The notes below the pieces were generated by a model, which searched no databases, was not told the DNA's origin, and worked only from the letters and a program-made list of their open reading frames with translations. This document shows positions 54,123 to 63,115 of a DNA stretch of 64,000 nucleotides, piece by piece. Position 1 is the stretch's first letter; every line of letters begins with the position of its first letter. The DNA lies in assembly GCA_965204375.1 (NCBI GenBank), contig OZ241986.1, positions 128,001 to 192,000 on the forward strand, given 5' to 3'. Source of the DNA: Candidatus Latescibacterota bacterium (GTDB lineage Bacteria > Latescibacterota > UBA2968). The translations under genes and the position numbers were made by a program.

Positions 54123-55111
54123 TATTTCTCTCCAAAGTGTTTTGAAAGTTTCTCTGCCAATTGTGCTACAACCTGGTTGGGCGAATCATATACCACCGAA
54201 CCGGCTTCTGCCAATTGGCGCAAGGGTTTGTCTAATTCATCCATGAACCCTTCGCGACGACCGATATAAATTGAATCAAGGAAGCGGCTATCATAATCGG
54301 TGATAACTTGCCGCAGGGCAGCAATGCTCAGTTTGCCTTGTCCGTCACGCTCAACCATCAGATTCATGAAGGGATGATTGCCGCCGTTGAGAACCGATAG
54401 GATAATCAGTTTCGGTGTCACGTCGGTCAGATGTGCAGTCAACTTCGCCCCCCCGCTCAACACCGGAAGTGCCTCAAGCGTTTGTTGGCTGCGACGCACA
54501 CGGATGTCTTGTGGCAGAATCCAGGGCGCGTTTTCGTCTGCCTGCTGTCCACCCGCCTCTTTGATAGTTGGAATGTGGCTATCGGTAATGTTCTGATACC
54601 CCGTCTTGTTGATGTTCCAGAATGCACCGACGGCATCAATGTCGAGGGAAAAAATGCCCTTAAGTACGCATGAATAAAACTGATGTTCGTAGGGAACTGG
54701 ATCGCCTTCGTGCCGAGCCATCACGCCAAAATCACCCGTGGGACTCTGCGGTTCAATCGAAATTAGTGGCGAATTTTTCAACGGTGAAAGTCGAGTCAAC
54801 GTTTCTTTTTTTACAGCTCGCATGTAGCCAAAAACGTCATCATCATCGTAGATGATAGGGTCAGCGGCCGTGAAGGCGATCTTTTTATCCCGTTCGATTG
54901 GCGAAATTTCCCAATTAAATTCATCTTCCAACGTCGTACGCCACCAATTTCGCCACGCCTGTCCCGAAACGTACGGGTACATCTGCTTACCTTTGCGTAG
55001 TGTTTTGACAACCACAATATTTTCTGTTGCTTGCGCTGCTTCGGTTCCTGCATTATTGAGTGCAGAGTGCGGCGCATCGATCAGTACCAAACCTATAACA
55101 TGTTTCGACAT
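54122..55111 (-). CDS. cas7: Cas7 (Cst2/DevR type)
   Basis: YVSGQA.R, DVFGYM, R.SP. Confidence 0.93.
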   Translation of the reverse strand: MSKHVIGLVLIDAPHSALNNAGTEAAQATENIVVVKTLRKGKQMYPYVSGQAWRNWWRTTLEDEFNWEISPIERDKKIAFTAADPIIYDDDDVFGYMRAVKKETLTRLSPLKNSPLISIEPQSPTGDFGVMARHEGDPVPYEHQFYSCVLKGIFSLDIDAVGAFWNINKTGYQNITDSHIPTIKEAGGQQADENAPWILPQDIRVRRSQQTLEALPVLSGGAKLTAHLTDVTPKLIILSVLNGGNHPFMNLMVERDGQGKLSIAALRQVITDYDSRFLDSIYIGRREGFMDELDKPLRQLAEAGSVVYDSPNQVVAQLAEKLSKHFGEK

Positions 55112-55113
55112 GA

Positions 55114-55491
55114 CTAATTTACCTCCTGTAATTCATCAGCAGATTGCTCAGTTTCATCATTTACATCACCAGCAAAATCACTTGTAACTAACCAATCGTG
55201 AAGCGTTTCATAAATTCGAAAAACAAGCAGGTCACGGGTTTCCCGCCAAAATGTCGTCTGATCCGATGATTCTGGAAACAGATGCTCAACGTAATCATCA
55301 AGCGAAAAAAGCGGTACTTTCTCGTCTTGTTGAATCCGGTCACGAATCACGAACCGCAGAATGTTTCGGCATTCGCTATAACTTCTGGCGGACTCAAGTT
55401 GTCGGAGCCGTCGGTCGCGTTCAGATTTACGAATGCTTTCGGCGATGAAGTCACCAACTTGCTTGATGGCGTTAAGCCTTGATTCATCCAT
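55114..55491 (-). CDS. cas11: Cas11 small subunit from internal in-frame start in cas8 (125 aa)
   Basis: AAGGAGG 9 nt upstream of in-frame ATG (MDESRL...). Confidence 0.75.
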   Translation of the reverse strand: MDESRLNAIKQVGDFIAESIRKSERDRRLRQLESARSYSECRNILRFVIRDRIQQDEKVPLFSLDDYVEHLFPESSDQTTFWRETRDLLVFRIYETLHDWLVTSDFAGDVNDETEQSADELQEVN

Positions 55492-56499
55492 GTTGCGAAC
55501 CTCCTTTAGGTAAAGGGAAAGCAATTCCCAGTTGCTACGTGCTTTCCGAGCGCGTCTATCGATGAAAAATCCGAGGATTGTTCGATTTTGCAAGAGAAAT
55601 TCATAGACGAGATTGGAAAGGTTTTTGTAATCATCCTCCGATTCAACTTTTTCCCATTTGACTCGCTGATAACCACTTCGGACAATTTGCCTCCATGCCC
55701 GTCGAAATTCGTTTTGATAAGCATAGCAGAGGAAGCGGAAAACAGGCGCAGGTAAATGGAAGATTTCAAGTTCTGGTCCCTGACCAAAGTTTGAGAAATA
55801 GTATATCTGCATTGTGATATTTTCCCCAAATCGCCTTTCCTCATAGCGAATCATTTCGCTGGTCATAAAAAAAAGTCCATTACGTGGATTGACATATCCA
55901 CGATTATAACAACCTTTAATCTCCTGACGAATTACTTGCTGTCGTACGTCTTCAATGCAGATGTGGGCCCAAGAACTCAGTGCTCTCCAAGAATTGGAAT
56001 GCAACATCAAAAACTTACCACTACTCGCAACGAACACAAGAGGAGAGAATTGAATTGCTAACGCACAAGCGGCACAGTAGCCAATTCCTTCTGCAAAGGT
56101 AGGAAAAAAATTACGCAATGTGCCAGAACCTGTGAGAGGGATATTTTCCCGTTTAAGCACAAAATTCGCATGACGCCTTCCGCAGCCGATGCAATCGCCA
56201 GTCGGTCCGAGTTCCTCTATGGTATCAATATATTTTTGACATAGCTCTTGGAGTAACTCGACGCGATTGCGTTTACTATACGATGGGTTGGTCAATACGC
56301 TGTTGGGGAAAATGGAGTGGAGATTTGCCCAACCTTCGTTCGTCTGTAGTATTGGCGCAATATCATTGACGATTCTCTCAAGGTCGCTAATTGTAATATC
56401 ATCCGGTTGAATCCCTCGTCCCATCCACTTACAAATCGCACTTACACCTGCATCAACGAACGGATTGCCCATTAGTTTTTCATAGATTGCCATCAGCAT
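55114..56499 (-). CDS. cas8b: Cas8b1/Cst1 large subunit (CXXC-CXXC)
   Basis: GNPFVDAG, CIGC...CAAC; lies between cas6 and cas7. Confidence 0.88.
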   Translation of the reverse strand: MLMAIYEKLMGNPFVDAGVSAICKWMGRGIQPDDITISDLERIVNDIAPILQTNEGWANLHSIFPNSVLTNPSYSKRNRVELLQELCQKYIDTIEELGPTGDCIGCGRRHANFVLKRENIPLTGSGTLRNFFPTFAEGIGYCAACALAIQFSPLVFVASSGKFLMLHSNSWRALSSWAHICIEDVRQQVIRQEIKGCYNRGYVNPRNGLFFMTSEMIRYEERRFGENITMQIYYFSNFGQGPELEIFHLPAPVFRFLCYAYQNEFRRAWRQIVRSGYQRVKWEKVESEDDYKNLSNLVYEFLLQNRTILGFFIDRRARKARSNWELLSLYLKEVRNMDESRLNAIKQVGDFIAESIRKSERDRRLRQLESARSYSECRNILRFVIRDRIQQDEKVPLFSLDDYVEHLFPESSDQTTFWRETRDLLVFRIYETLHDWLVTSDFAGDVNDETEQSADELQEVN

Positions 56500-56570
56500 C
56501 CTTCCTTCCTTAAAATACTAACCAAAATTATACTGATATACGGATGTTCAGTCAAGCAGACTTTGTTTTT

Positions 56571-57323
56571 TTAAACTGCTACCATCCCAAATCCCGCGCT
56601 GTTCTTATCTCCAAAGCCGCATTCATAGCCGACGCGAATCAATTCCGGTGCGCCAATGACTTGGAATGGGCAAACAACGCCGCGAATTTTGACGCCTTTG
56701 AAATCAACCAGGCGCGTGACGCGGCCCTTTCTTTTGGTCATGTACGCCTGATCGAATGCCATCGCAAATGACCGCTCCTTCGGCGGGTGTCCATAGATCA
56801 CTTCGTACTTCCGAATCAGGTTTTGTCGAATCAATTCAGAGAATTGAGGGTCATCGGGCAGGCAGTAGTGCGTGACGAGTTTCCCGTCTCGTTCCCGTCT
56901 GGTTGACATCGTAATCGCCGACAAACAGCGGAAGGTCATCTGGCGGTCAAAATGTGGTGTGCGCGGTACTTCTACATCCTGTACGCGAAGTTGTTGGCGG
57001 TCAATTTGCAGGATGCCCGTCTGCATCAGAGAAGCGGCGAAGTTTTCCAAAAACGCTTGCTGTGGCGAAGACACATACCATGTCAACGGTGAACGGTAGC
57101 GAATCTGATTCCCACGGATATCTCGCCGGTTTGCCATCAGTTGAGAGAATGTAAAAAGTTTGAAATGCCGACTTTCAAGTTCATAGCCCTTTTCGTGGAG
57201 AAAGTGCGCGTATTCGGGATCGGATTGTTTGAGAAACTGATAAATAATACCTGTGAGAATGTGATTATAGTTGATGGGCAAGGTCACACCTTGACCGACG
57301 CCGCAGTTAATCTTGATTCTCAT
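56571..57323 (-). CDS. cas6: Cas6 endoribonuclease
   Basis: LPINYNH, FKLFTFS, GFGDKNSAGFG. Confidence 0.96.
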   Translation of the reverse strand: MRIKINCGVGQGVTLPINYNHILTGIIYQFLKQSDPEYAHFLHEKGYELESRHFKLFTFSQLMANRRDIRGNQIRYRSPLTWYVSSPQQAFLENFAASLMQTGILQIDRQQLRVQDVEVPRTPHFDRQMTFRCLSAITMSTRRERDGKLVTHYCLPDDPQFSELIRQNLIRKYEVIYGHPPKERSFAMAFDQAYMTKRKGRVTRLVDFKGVKIRGVVCPFQVIGAPELIRVGYECGFGDKNSAGFGMVAV

Positions 57324-57428
57324 GGCAGGACCTCTGAAGCGTGATGTTCTATAAAAAATAATAGCACGCGTAATATATGATTGTGTGCGTTCACAGACAT
57401 TGCAAATTTTCTTCTTATTTCTTATCGA

Positions 57429-57673
57429 TTTGAAACATTGCATTTATGCTTCTAATCCGTTATTTTGATAAGGCATAAAAACGCAAAATGCAAGGATTCA
57501 TTGTCACCGAATTGCTACGCACGAGCGAGTCGAGCGAGTCGTTTTTGGAGATCGCCATGTCTATATCCTATCCTCACATTCCATACGGCTGAGCAGATTT
57601 CAGGGCTATTCGCTTGGGGAACCGTCTCTACTTCGACAAAACCCGTTTTGTTTATGAGGTGGATCATGAACGA
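57429..57673 (+). repeat. Diverged direct repeat, right copy
   Basis: Matches 44499..44719; the middle part is diverged and contains (CGAGCGAGT)x2. Confidence 0.85.
57557..57673 (+). pseudogene. 5' remnant of AAA-PD-(D/E)XK gene with premature stop
   Basis: MSISYPHIPYG*ADFRAIRLGNRLYFDKTRFVYEVDHER vs MSVSYPRIPYGWADFKAIRLENRLYVDKTRFVRELEQER. Confidence 0.9.
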
Positions 57674-58268
57674 AAAAAAGAAAACGTGCAAAGTCGTCTT
57701 TTTGGATATAGATGGCGTATTACAGCCCTCCTCCCAACAGAATCGTTTCAAACATAATTTAGATCAGTTGCGCGAGTATTTGGCTAAAAAGTTCGACGAT
57801 GTCTCCTATCTCGACATGGACAAGTACGATCTCGGTGCAATCTACTATGACTGGCGCGAAGAGGCAGTTGAACGGCTACGTCGATTATGCGAAGACTTTG
57901 ATGCCGACATCGTGATCAGTTCAGATTGGCGTTCAAGAAAGACCATCTCGCTGCTCAAGGCGTATTTTCGTATCCATGACCTTCATCAATTTGTGACCGA
58001 CATGACGAATGAGACCAGCAAAGCACCTCATTACCGAGCGGGGGAGGTCAAAGAGTACATAGACGCTCATCCGGAGGTCGAACGATTTGTCATATTTGAT
58101 GACAGCTATAAGAAAGAATTTGATCAGCTCTTCAGAGATCAATTTGTCTGTACTTACTCATACATCAAAGAAGTCGATGATCGGCGAGCGCGCCAAATTT
58201 TATCCGGTGTTCCAATAACCCAAGAGAACGAACCGGAGCGTACTGGTTACGAGTCTATAAAAGGATAG
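57666..58268 (+). CDS. HAD domain protein (HAD_SAK_2, Swiss-army-knife RNA-repair type)
   Basis: FLDIDGVL, IVISSDWR, FVIFDD. Confidence 0.8.
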   Translation: MNEKKKTCKVVFLDIDGVLQPSSQQNRFKHNLDQLREYLAKKFDDVSYLDMDKYDLGAIYYDWREEAVERLRRLCEDFDADIVISSDWRSRKTISLLKAYFRIHDLHQFVTDMTNETSKAPHYRAGEVKEYIDAHPEVERFVIFDDSYKKEFDQLFRDQFVCTYSYIKEVDDRRARQILSGVPITQENEPERTGYESIKG

Positions 58269-58269
58269 C

Positions 58270-59034
58270 ATGCGTATTGTAACATGGAATGTAAATGGGT
58301 TGCGGGCGGCACTTCGCAAGGGATTTATGGATCATATTAAAATGCTAAATCCCGATGTGATTCTTTTGCAAGAGATTCGGGTCTTGCCCGAGCAACTACC
58401 CAATAGCCAGCGCAGTCCCGAAGGGTGGCATGTTATCTGGCATCCAGCCGAGCGCAAGGGCTATGCGGGTACAGCGGTATGGTCTCGCACGCCTTTAAGA
58501 GAGGAAGAGCGCGGTGTGGGAGAGGGCGATTCCGAAGGCCGAATTTTGCGGGTGAGCACTTTGGGGATTCAATTTGTCAGCGTGTATCTGCCTTCGGGAT
58601 CATCGGGCGATGAGCGCCAGGCGATCAAGGAGTGCTGGATGGATCGCTTTCGCCCCTGGGCCGATGGTCTGGTCAAAAAACGGGTTCCCATAGTTATGGG
58701 CGGTGATTTTAATATCGCGCATACCGAACGCGATATTTTTTATGCCAGAAGCAACGAAAAGAATTCGGGTTTTTTGCCACATGAACGCGCGTGGATGGGC
58801 GATCTCATCGCTTCTGGCTGGCGCGATTTTACACGGGAACAATACGGCGATATCCAGGGGCCATATTCGTGGTGGTCCAATCGGGGAAGAGCCAGAGAAT
58901 TGGACCGCGGCTGGCGCATCGACTATTTGTTGGGCAATGCGGCTGCTGCAAAGCGCGTTCAATTTGCCCGTGTTGACCGCGAAGGCGGTTTGACTATATC
59001 TGATCACGCGCCGGTTGTTGTGGATTTGAAATAG
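58270..59034 (+). CDS. xth: Exodeoxyribonuclease III
   Basis: TWNVNG, LQE, GDFN, WRIDY, SDHAP. Confidence 0.95.
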   Translation: MRIVTWNVNGLRAALRKGFMDHIKMLNPDVILLQEIRVLPEQLPNSQRSPEGWHVIWHPAERKGYAGTAVWSRTPLREEERGVGEGDSEGRILRVSTLGIQFVSVYLPSGSSGDERQAIKECWMDRFRPWADGLVKKRVPIVMGGDFNIAHTERDIFYARSNEKNSGFLPHERAWMGDLIASGWRDFTREQYGDIQGPYSWWSNRGRARELDRGWRIDYLLGNAAAAKRVQFARVDREGGLTISDHAPVVVDLK

Positions 59035-59056
59035 CTCATACACAGAGGAGATTTCC

Positions 59057-60487
59057 ATGCAGACTCTTGAAACACATCCTTTTTCGGCGTTATTCGGCGT
59101 TGATGAAAGCGTGGCCGAGCAGGCATTGTCAGAAGCGATGTCCCGAGGTGCCGAATTTGCCGATCTATATTTTCAGCATGTGCGTACCACTTCTCTCAGT
59201 TTGGAAGATGGTATTATTTCCAGTGCCAATACGGGCATTGATCAGGGGGTGGGGATTCGCGCGGTGATTGGAGATCAGGTTGGCTATGCTTTTTCCGAGA
59301 GTTTAGAAGCAGATGCGATTTATGAGGCTGCTCGGACAGCGGCTGCGATAGCAGAGGGCAGAAAAAATATGCTGCCGCAACACCTGCAGGGTAGAGAGGT
59401 TGACAATTACTACGCGATTGACCGCGATTGGGATGAGGTCAATATTACGGAACGTCTGCCACTGGTGCAAAGTGCAGAGACGATGACTCGCGCAATGGAT
59501 CCGTCCATAGAAAAGGTGTCTGTGGGGTGGATGGACAGGGATGAGCGCGTGCTCATTGTGACCAGCGATGGCGTTTTCAGTACGGATCGGCGGCCTATGG
59601 CGACGCTGTATTGTTCGGTGACTGCCAATAAGAATGGCGTGCGGCAGAGCAATGGGGCTTCGGTTTCCCGGCGCGAAGGCATTGGCTATTTTACCGAAGA
59701 GAATATCAAAGCGGTCTGTCAAAAGGCGGTTGATCGCACGATGATTCTCTTTGAGGCGCAGCGCCCACCTGCTGGCGAAATGCCGGTGGTGCTCGCAGCA
59801 GGTGCTTCGGGTATTTTGCTCCACGAGGCGATTGGGCACGGTCTGGAAGCGGATTTCAACCGTAAGGGGACTTCTATTTACGCGACGATGATGAACGAGA
59901 AAGTCGCTCCGGATTTTGTAACGATCGTCGATGACGGTTTGCAGGAAAATGATCGCGGGGCGCTCAATGTAGATGACGAGGGTCAGGCTACTGCGTGTAC
60001 GACGCTTATTGAAAACGGCGTCTTAAAAAGCTATTTGCACGATCGCATTTCGGCAAAACACTACGGGGTTGCACCCACGGGGTCGGGGCGCCGAGAGAGT
60101 TTTCGGCATGTTCCTATGCCGCGTATGCGATCTACGTATATGCTCGACGGCCCCCACTCCCGCGAGGAGATTATTGGTGCTGTCGATTACGGCATTATTG
60201 CCGATACGTTTACCAATGGACAGGTGCAAATAGGCGCGGGAGATTTTACTTTTTATATAAAGAATGGATGGCTTATCGAAGGCGGCAAGATTACCGCGCC
60301 GATCAAGGATGTCAATATTATTGGCAATGGTCCCGAGGCTTTGAAAAATGTGGTTATGGCAGCAGACGATGCCGTGTTGGACGATGGTAGCTGGACGTGT
60401 GGAAAAAATGGACAGGGTGTGCCCGTTTCGATGGGGGTCCCGACGATGCTGGTGGAAAAGAGTATGACTGTGGGAGGGGTGAACTGA
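59057..60487 (+). CDS. tldD: TldD metalloprotease
   Basis: HEAIGHGLEAD, PRM, CGKNGQ. Confidence 0.93.
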   Translation: MQTLETHPFSALFGVDESVAEQALSEAMSRGAEFADLYFQHVRTTSLSLEDGIISSANTGIDQGVGIRAVIGDQVGYAFSESLEADAIYEAARTAAAIAEGRKNMLPQHLQGREVDNYYAIDRDWDEVNITERLPLVQSAETMTRAMDPSIEKVSVGWMDRDERVLIVTSDGVFSTDRRPMATLYCSVTANKNGVRQSNGASVSRREGIGYFTEENIKAVCQKAVDRTMILFEAQRPPAGEMPVVLAAGASGILLHEAIGHGLEADFNRKGTSIYATMMNEKVAPDFVTIVDDGLQENDRGALNVDDEGQATACTTLIENGVLKSYLHDRISAKHYGVAPTGSGRRESFRHVPMPRMRSTYMLDGPHSREEIIGAVDYGIIADTFTNGQVQIGAGDFTFYIKNGWLIEGGKITAPIKDVNIIGNGPEALKNVVMAADDAVLDDGSWTCGKNGQGVPVSMGVPTMLVEKSMTVGGVN

Positions 60488-61804
60488 ATGGAACGAGAAC
60501 TTCTCCAACAAGCCGAGCAGGCGGTTGAGCAGGCACAAAGAGCAGGGGCCAATGATGCGATAGCGCGGGTGCGGGATGAAAATAGCACGGAGTACACTTA
60601 TCGCGATGGAAATATTGAGCAGGTTCAACAAAGTGCTACCCGCGGCTTGAGCATTCAATTGTATGTCAATGGGCGGTATTCAACACACCAGACCTCGGAT
60701 TTGCGCGCGGCGTCAGTTGCCCGGTTTATCGAAGATGCGGTTGCGCTGACGCAGCATCTGGCAGAAGATCCACATCGCGTTATTCCCGATGCCGCGTTGT
60801 ATGAAGATCGGCCGGATACCGATCTTCAATCCGACGATGTTGTGGTGCGCGATTTGCCCCGCGAAGCGTGTATTGATTGGCTAAAAAAAATGGATGCTAT
60901 CACCCATACAGATGACCGTGTGGTGAGTGCTACCGCTGATGCCTACTATGGCTGGAACACGTCGGCTCGGGTGAGTTCAAATGGATTTTCGGGGATACAG
61001 AGCGGGACTTCGATAGGCTATGGCGCGAGTGTGACGCTAAAAGAGGGCGAGCATGGGCGTCCCGAAGATCATCGCTATGTGCGGGCGCATCATTTGTCGG
61101 ATTTGCCAGATCCGGAGACGGTTGCGCGCGAGGGCCTCGTTCGCGCGATTTCCCGATTGGGCAGTGAAAAAGCACCGAGCGGACGGGCGACTATGGTGGT
61201 AGATCCCGAAGCGGGTGGGCGGTTGATTGGGGCGATATGGGGTGCGTTGCAGGCGCGTAGCGTTCAGCAGAACCGGTCTTTTTTAAGAAATAAAAAGGAC
61301 GCGCAAATTGCCAGTTCGCTCCTGACGGTGACAGATGATCCCCTGATGGTGCGCGGTCTCGCGTCTCGGCATTACGATGGCGAGGGGATTTCGGCAAAGC
61401 GCAGGTGCGTCATCGATCAGGGCGTCTTGCAAATGTATTATGTCGATACGTATTACGGGCGCAAACTCGGCTGGGAGCCTACGACCGGAGCGTCGTCTAA
61501 TCTCGTTTTTGCACCGGGCGATAAAGATCTCAATGGCCTGATTGCAGAGGTCGAGGATGGCTTTCACGTCACGTCCTGGCTCGGTGGCAATGCCGATACG
61601 ACGACTGGGGATTTTTCTTATGGTTTTCGCGGCTTTCGCATTGCCAATGGGCAGAAAACAGGTGCGGTATCGGAAATGAATATCGCCGGCAATTTTCTCG
61701 ATTTGTTGGAAAACCTCGTCGCCGTGGGCAATGATCCCAATATCTATTCCAGCATGCAAACGCCTACTCTAATTTTTGACAATGTGGCGTTTAGCGGGAA
61801 GTAG
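60488..61804 (+). CDS. pmbA: TldE/PmbA protein
   Basis: DGEG, TGDFS, no HExxH; adjacent to tldD. Confidence 0.9.
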   Translation: MERELLQQAEQAVEQAQRAGANDAIARVRDENSTEYTYRDGNIEQVQQSATRGLSIQLYVNGRYSTHQTSDLRAASVARFIEDAVALTQHLAEDPHRVIPDAALYEDRPDTDLQSDDVVVRDLPREACIDWLKKMDAITHTDDRVVSATADAYYGWNTSARVSSNGFSGIQSGTSIGYGASVTLKEGEHGRPEDHRYVRAHHLSDLPDPETVAREGLVRAISRLGSEKAPSGRATMVVDPEAGGRLIGAIWGALQARSVQQNRSFLRNKKDAQIASSLLTVTDDPLMVRGLASRHYDGEGISAKRRCVIDQGVLQMYYVDTYYGRKLGWEPTTGASSNLVFAPGDKDLNGLIAEVEDGFHVTSWLGGNADTTTGDFSYGFRGFRIANGQKTGAVSEMNIAGNFLDLLENLVAVGNDPNIYSSMQTPTLIFDNVAFSGK

Positions 61805-61831
61805 AATGAGTGGCATTAGAGAGGTACAATA

Positions 61832-63115
61832 ATGTCTGCTGCGTCAAAAACGCCGCGCCATATTGCGCTGGATATTCTCTGTCGCGTTGAACGGGGCGCA
61901 TATCTCGACCGCTTGCTCGACGCGCAGCGCGAGCATATTCGCGATCCCGATGGCGATTTGCTCCAACATCTCGTGCGGGGTACGCTGACCTATCGGGCGC
62001 GTCTCGACCATATTTTGACGCCCTATCTCAAAAAACCCCTGTCCAGACAGCACGCCAAACTCCGCAATCTCCTGCGCCTCGGTGTTTATCAACTCCAGTA
62101 TCTCGACCGCGTGCCATCTTATGCGGTTGTTTCCGAATCCGTTATTCTCGCCCGTCACATTCTCGGGAATCCGATTGCCAAATTGGTCAATGCCGTGTTG
62201 CGCGGTGTGGCCGAAGACCGCAAGTCCGTTGTTTTTCCCGATTTTGATCGTGATCCCGTCGAATATCTCGCCATCGCGACATCACATCCCCAATGGCTCG
62301 TCGCGCGATGGATTGAGCGCTATGGTGTGGATGAGACACGTGCCCTGTGTGAATTTGATAATGCTCAACCTGCTCTGACCATTCGCCCCAATGCGTTGCG
62401 AACGACGTCTGATGCCTTGCGTGAGCAACTCGCTCTCGAAGGGATTGACACCGAGTTTGCAGCATCCGATTTTCTCGCCGTATCCCATGTGGGCCACCTT
62501 TTTCAGAGCAGGGCTTATTGCGCTGGTCTCTTTAGCGTTCAAGGCGCGGGGGCTGCGATGGTTGTTCCCTTGCTCGATCCTCAACCAGGCGAGGCTGTTC
62601 TCGATTTGTGTAGTGCGCCCGGTGGCAAAACCACTGCTATGGCTGAGCGTATGAATAATCGAGGTTTTATTCTCGCCACAGATCTCTATCCGCGCCGTCT
62701 CGAAATATTAAAACAAAACACGCACCGGCTCGGAGTTTCATGTGTTTATCCACTCGCGGCCGATGCGCGTTATTTGGCTGTCAATCGCTTATTTGATCGG
62801 GTTCTGGTCGATGCGCCCTGTTCTTCGCTGGGTATTCTGAATCACCATCCCGACCTGCGCTGGCGGAAATTCGATATTCGCGGTCTTTCGCGTTTGCAGC
62901 GTGCGCTTATCGAACGCGCTGCCGATTACGTGCGCCCGGGGGGTGTTCTCGTTTACAGCACTTGTACCCTTGAACCGGAGGAAAATGAGCGCGTTGTCGA
63001 AGGTTTTTTAAGCGATCATCCGGGCTTTCAAATCACCCATCCCTATCTGCAATTGCTGCCCCATCAAACTGGTAATGACGGTGTTTTTGCCGCGCGGTTG
63101 AAACGCTCCGTTTAA
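61832..63115 (+). CDS. rsmB: 16S rRNA m5C967 methyltransferase
   Basis: NusB-like N-terminus, SHP.W, APGGK, DAPC, YSTC. Confidence 0.93.
   Translation: MSAASKTPRHIALDILCRVERGAYLDRLLDAQREHIRDPDGDLLQHLVRGTLTYRARLDHILTPYLKKPLSRQHAKLRNLLRLGVYQLQYLDRVPSYAVVSESVILARHILGNPIAKLVNAVLRGVAEDRKSVVFPDFDRDPVEYLAIATSHPQWLVARWIERYGVDETRALCEFDNAQPALTIRPNALRTTSDALREQLALEGIDTEFAASDFLAVSHVGHLFQSRAYCAGLFSVQGAGAAMVVPLLDPQPGEAVLDLCSAPGGKTTAMAERMNNRGFILATDLYPRRLEILKQNTHRLGVSCVYPLAADARYLAVNRLFDRVLVDAPCSSLGILNHHPDLRWRKFDIRGLSRLQRALIERAADYVRPGGVLVYSTCTLEPEENERVVEGFLSDHPGFQITHPYLQLLPHQTGNDGVFAARLKRSV

Noticed and set aside
56500-56570. creTA module between cas6 and cas8
   Set aside because: Gap is only about 70 nt with no repeat-like sequence
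57465-57665. N-terminal extension of the HAD ORF
   Set aside because: Reads through promoter and AAA remnant; ATG 57666 has an SD and precedes the DxD motif
59057-63115. tldD-pmbA as a RiPP maturation cluster
   Set aside because: No precursor peptide or YcaO-type genes; housekeeping context with rsmB
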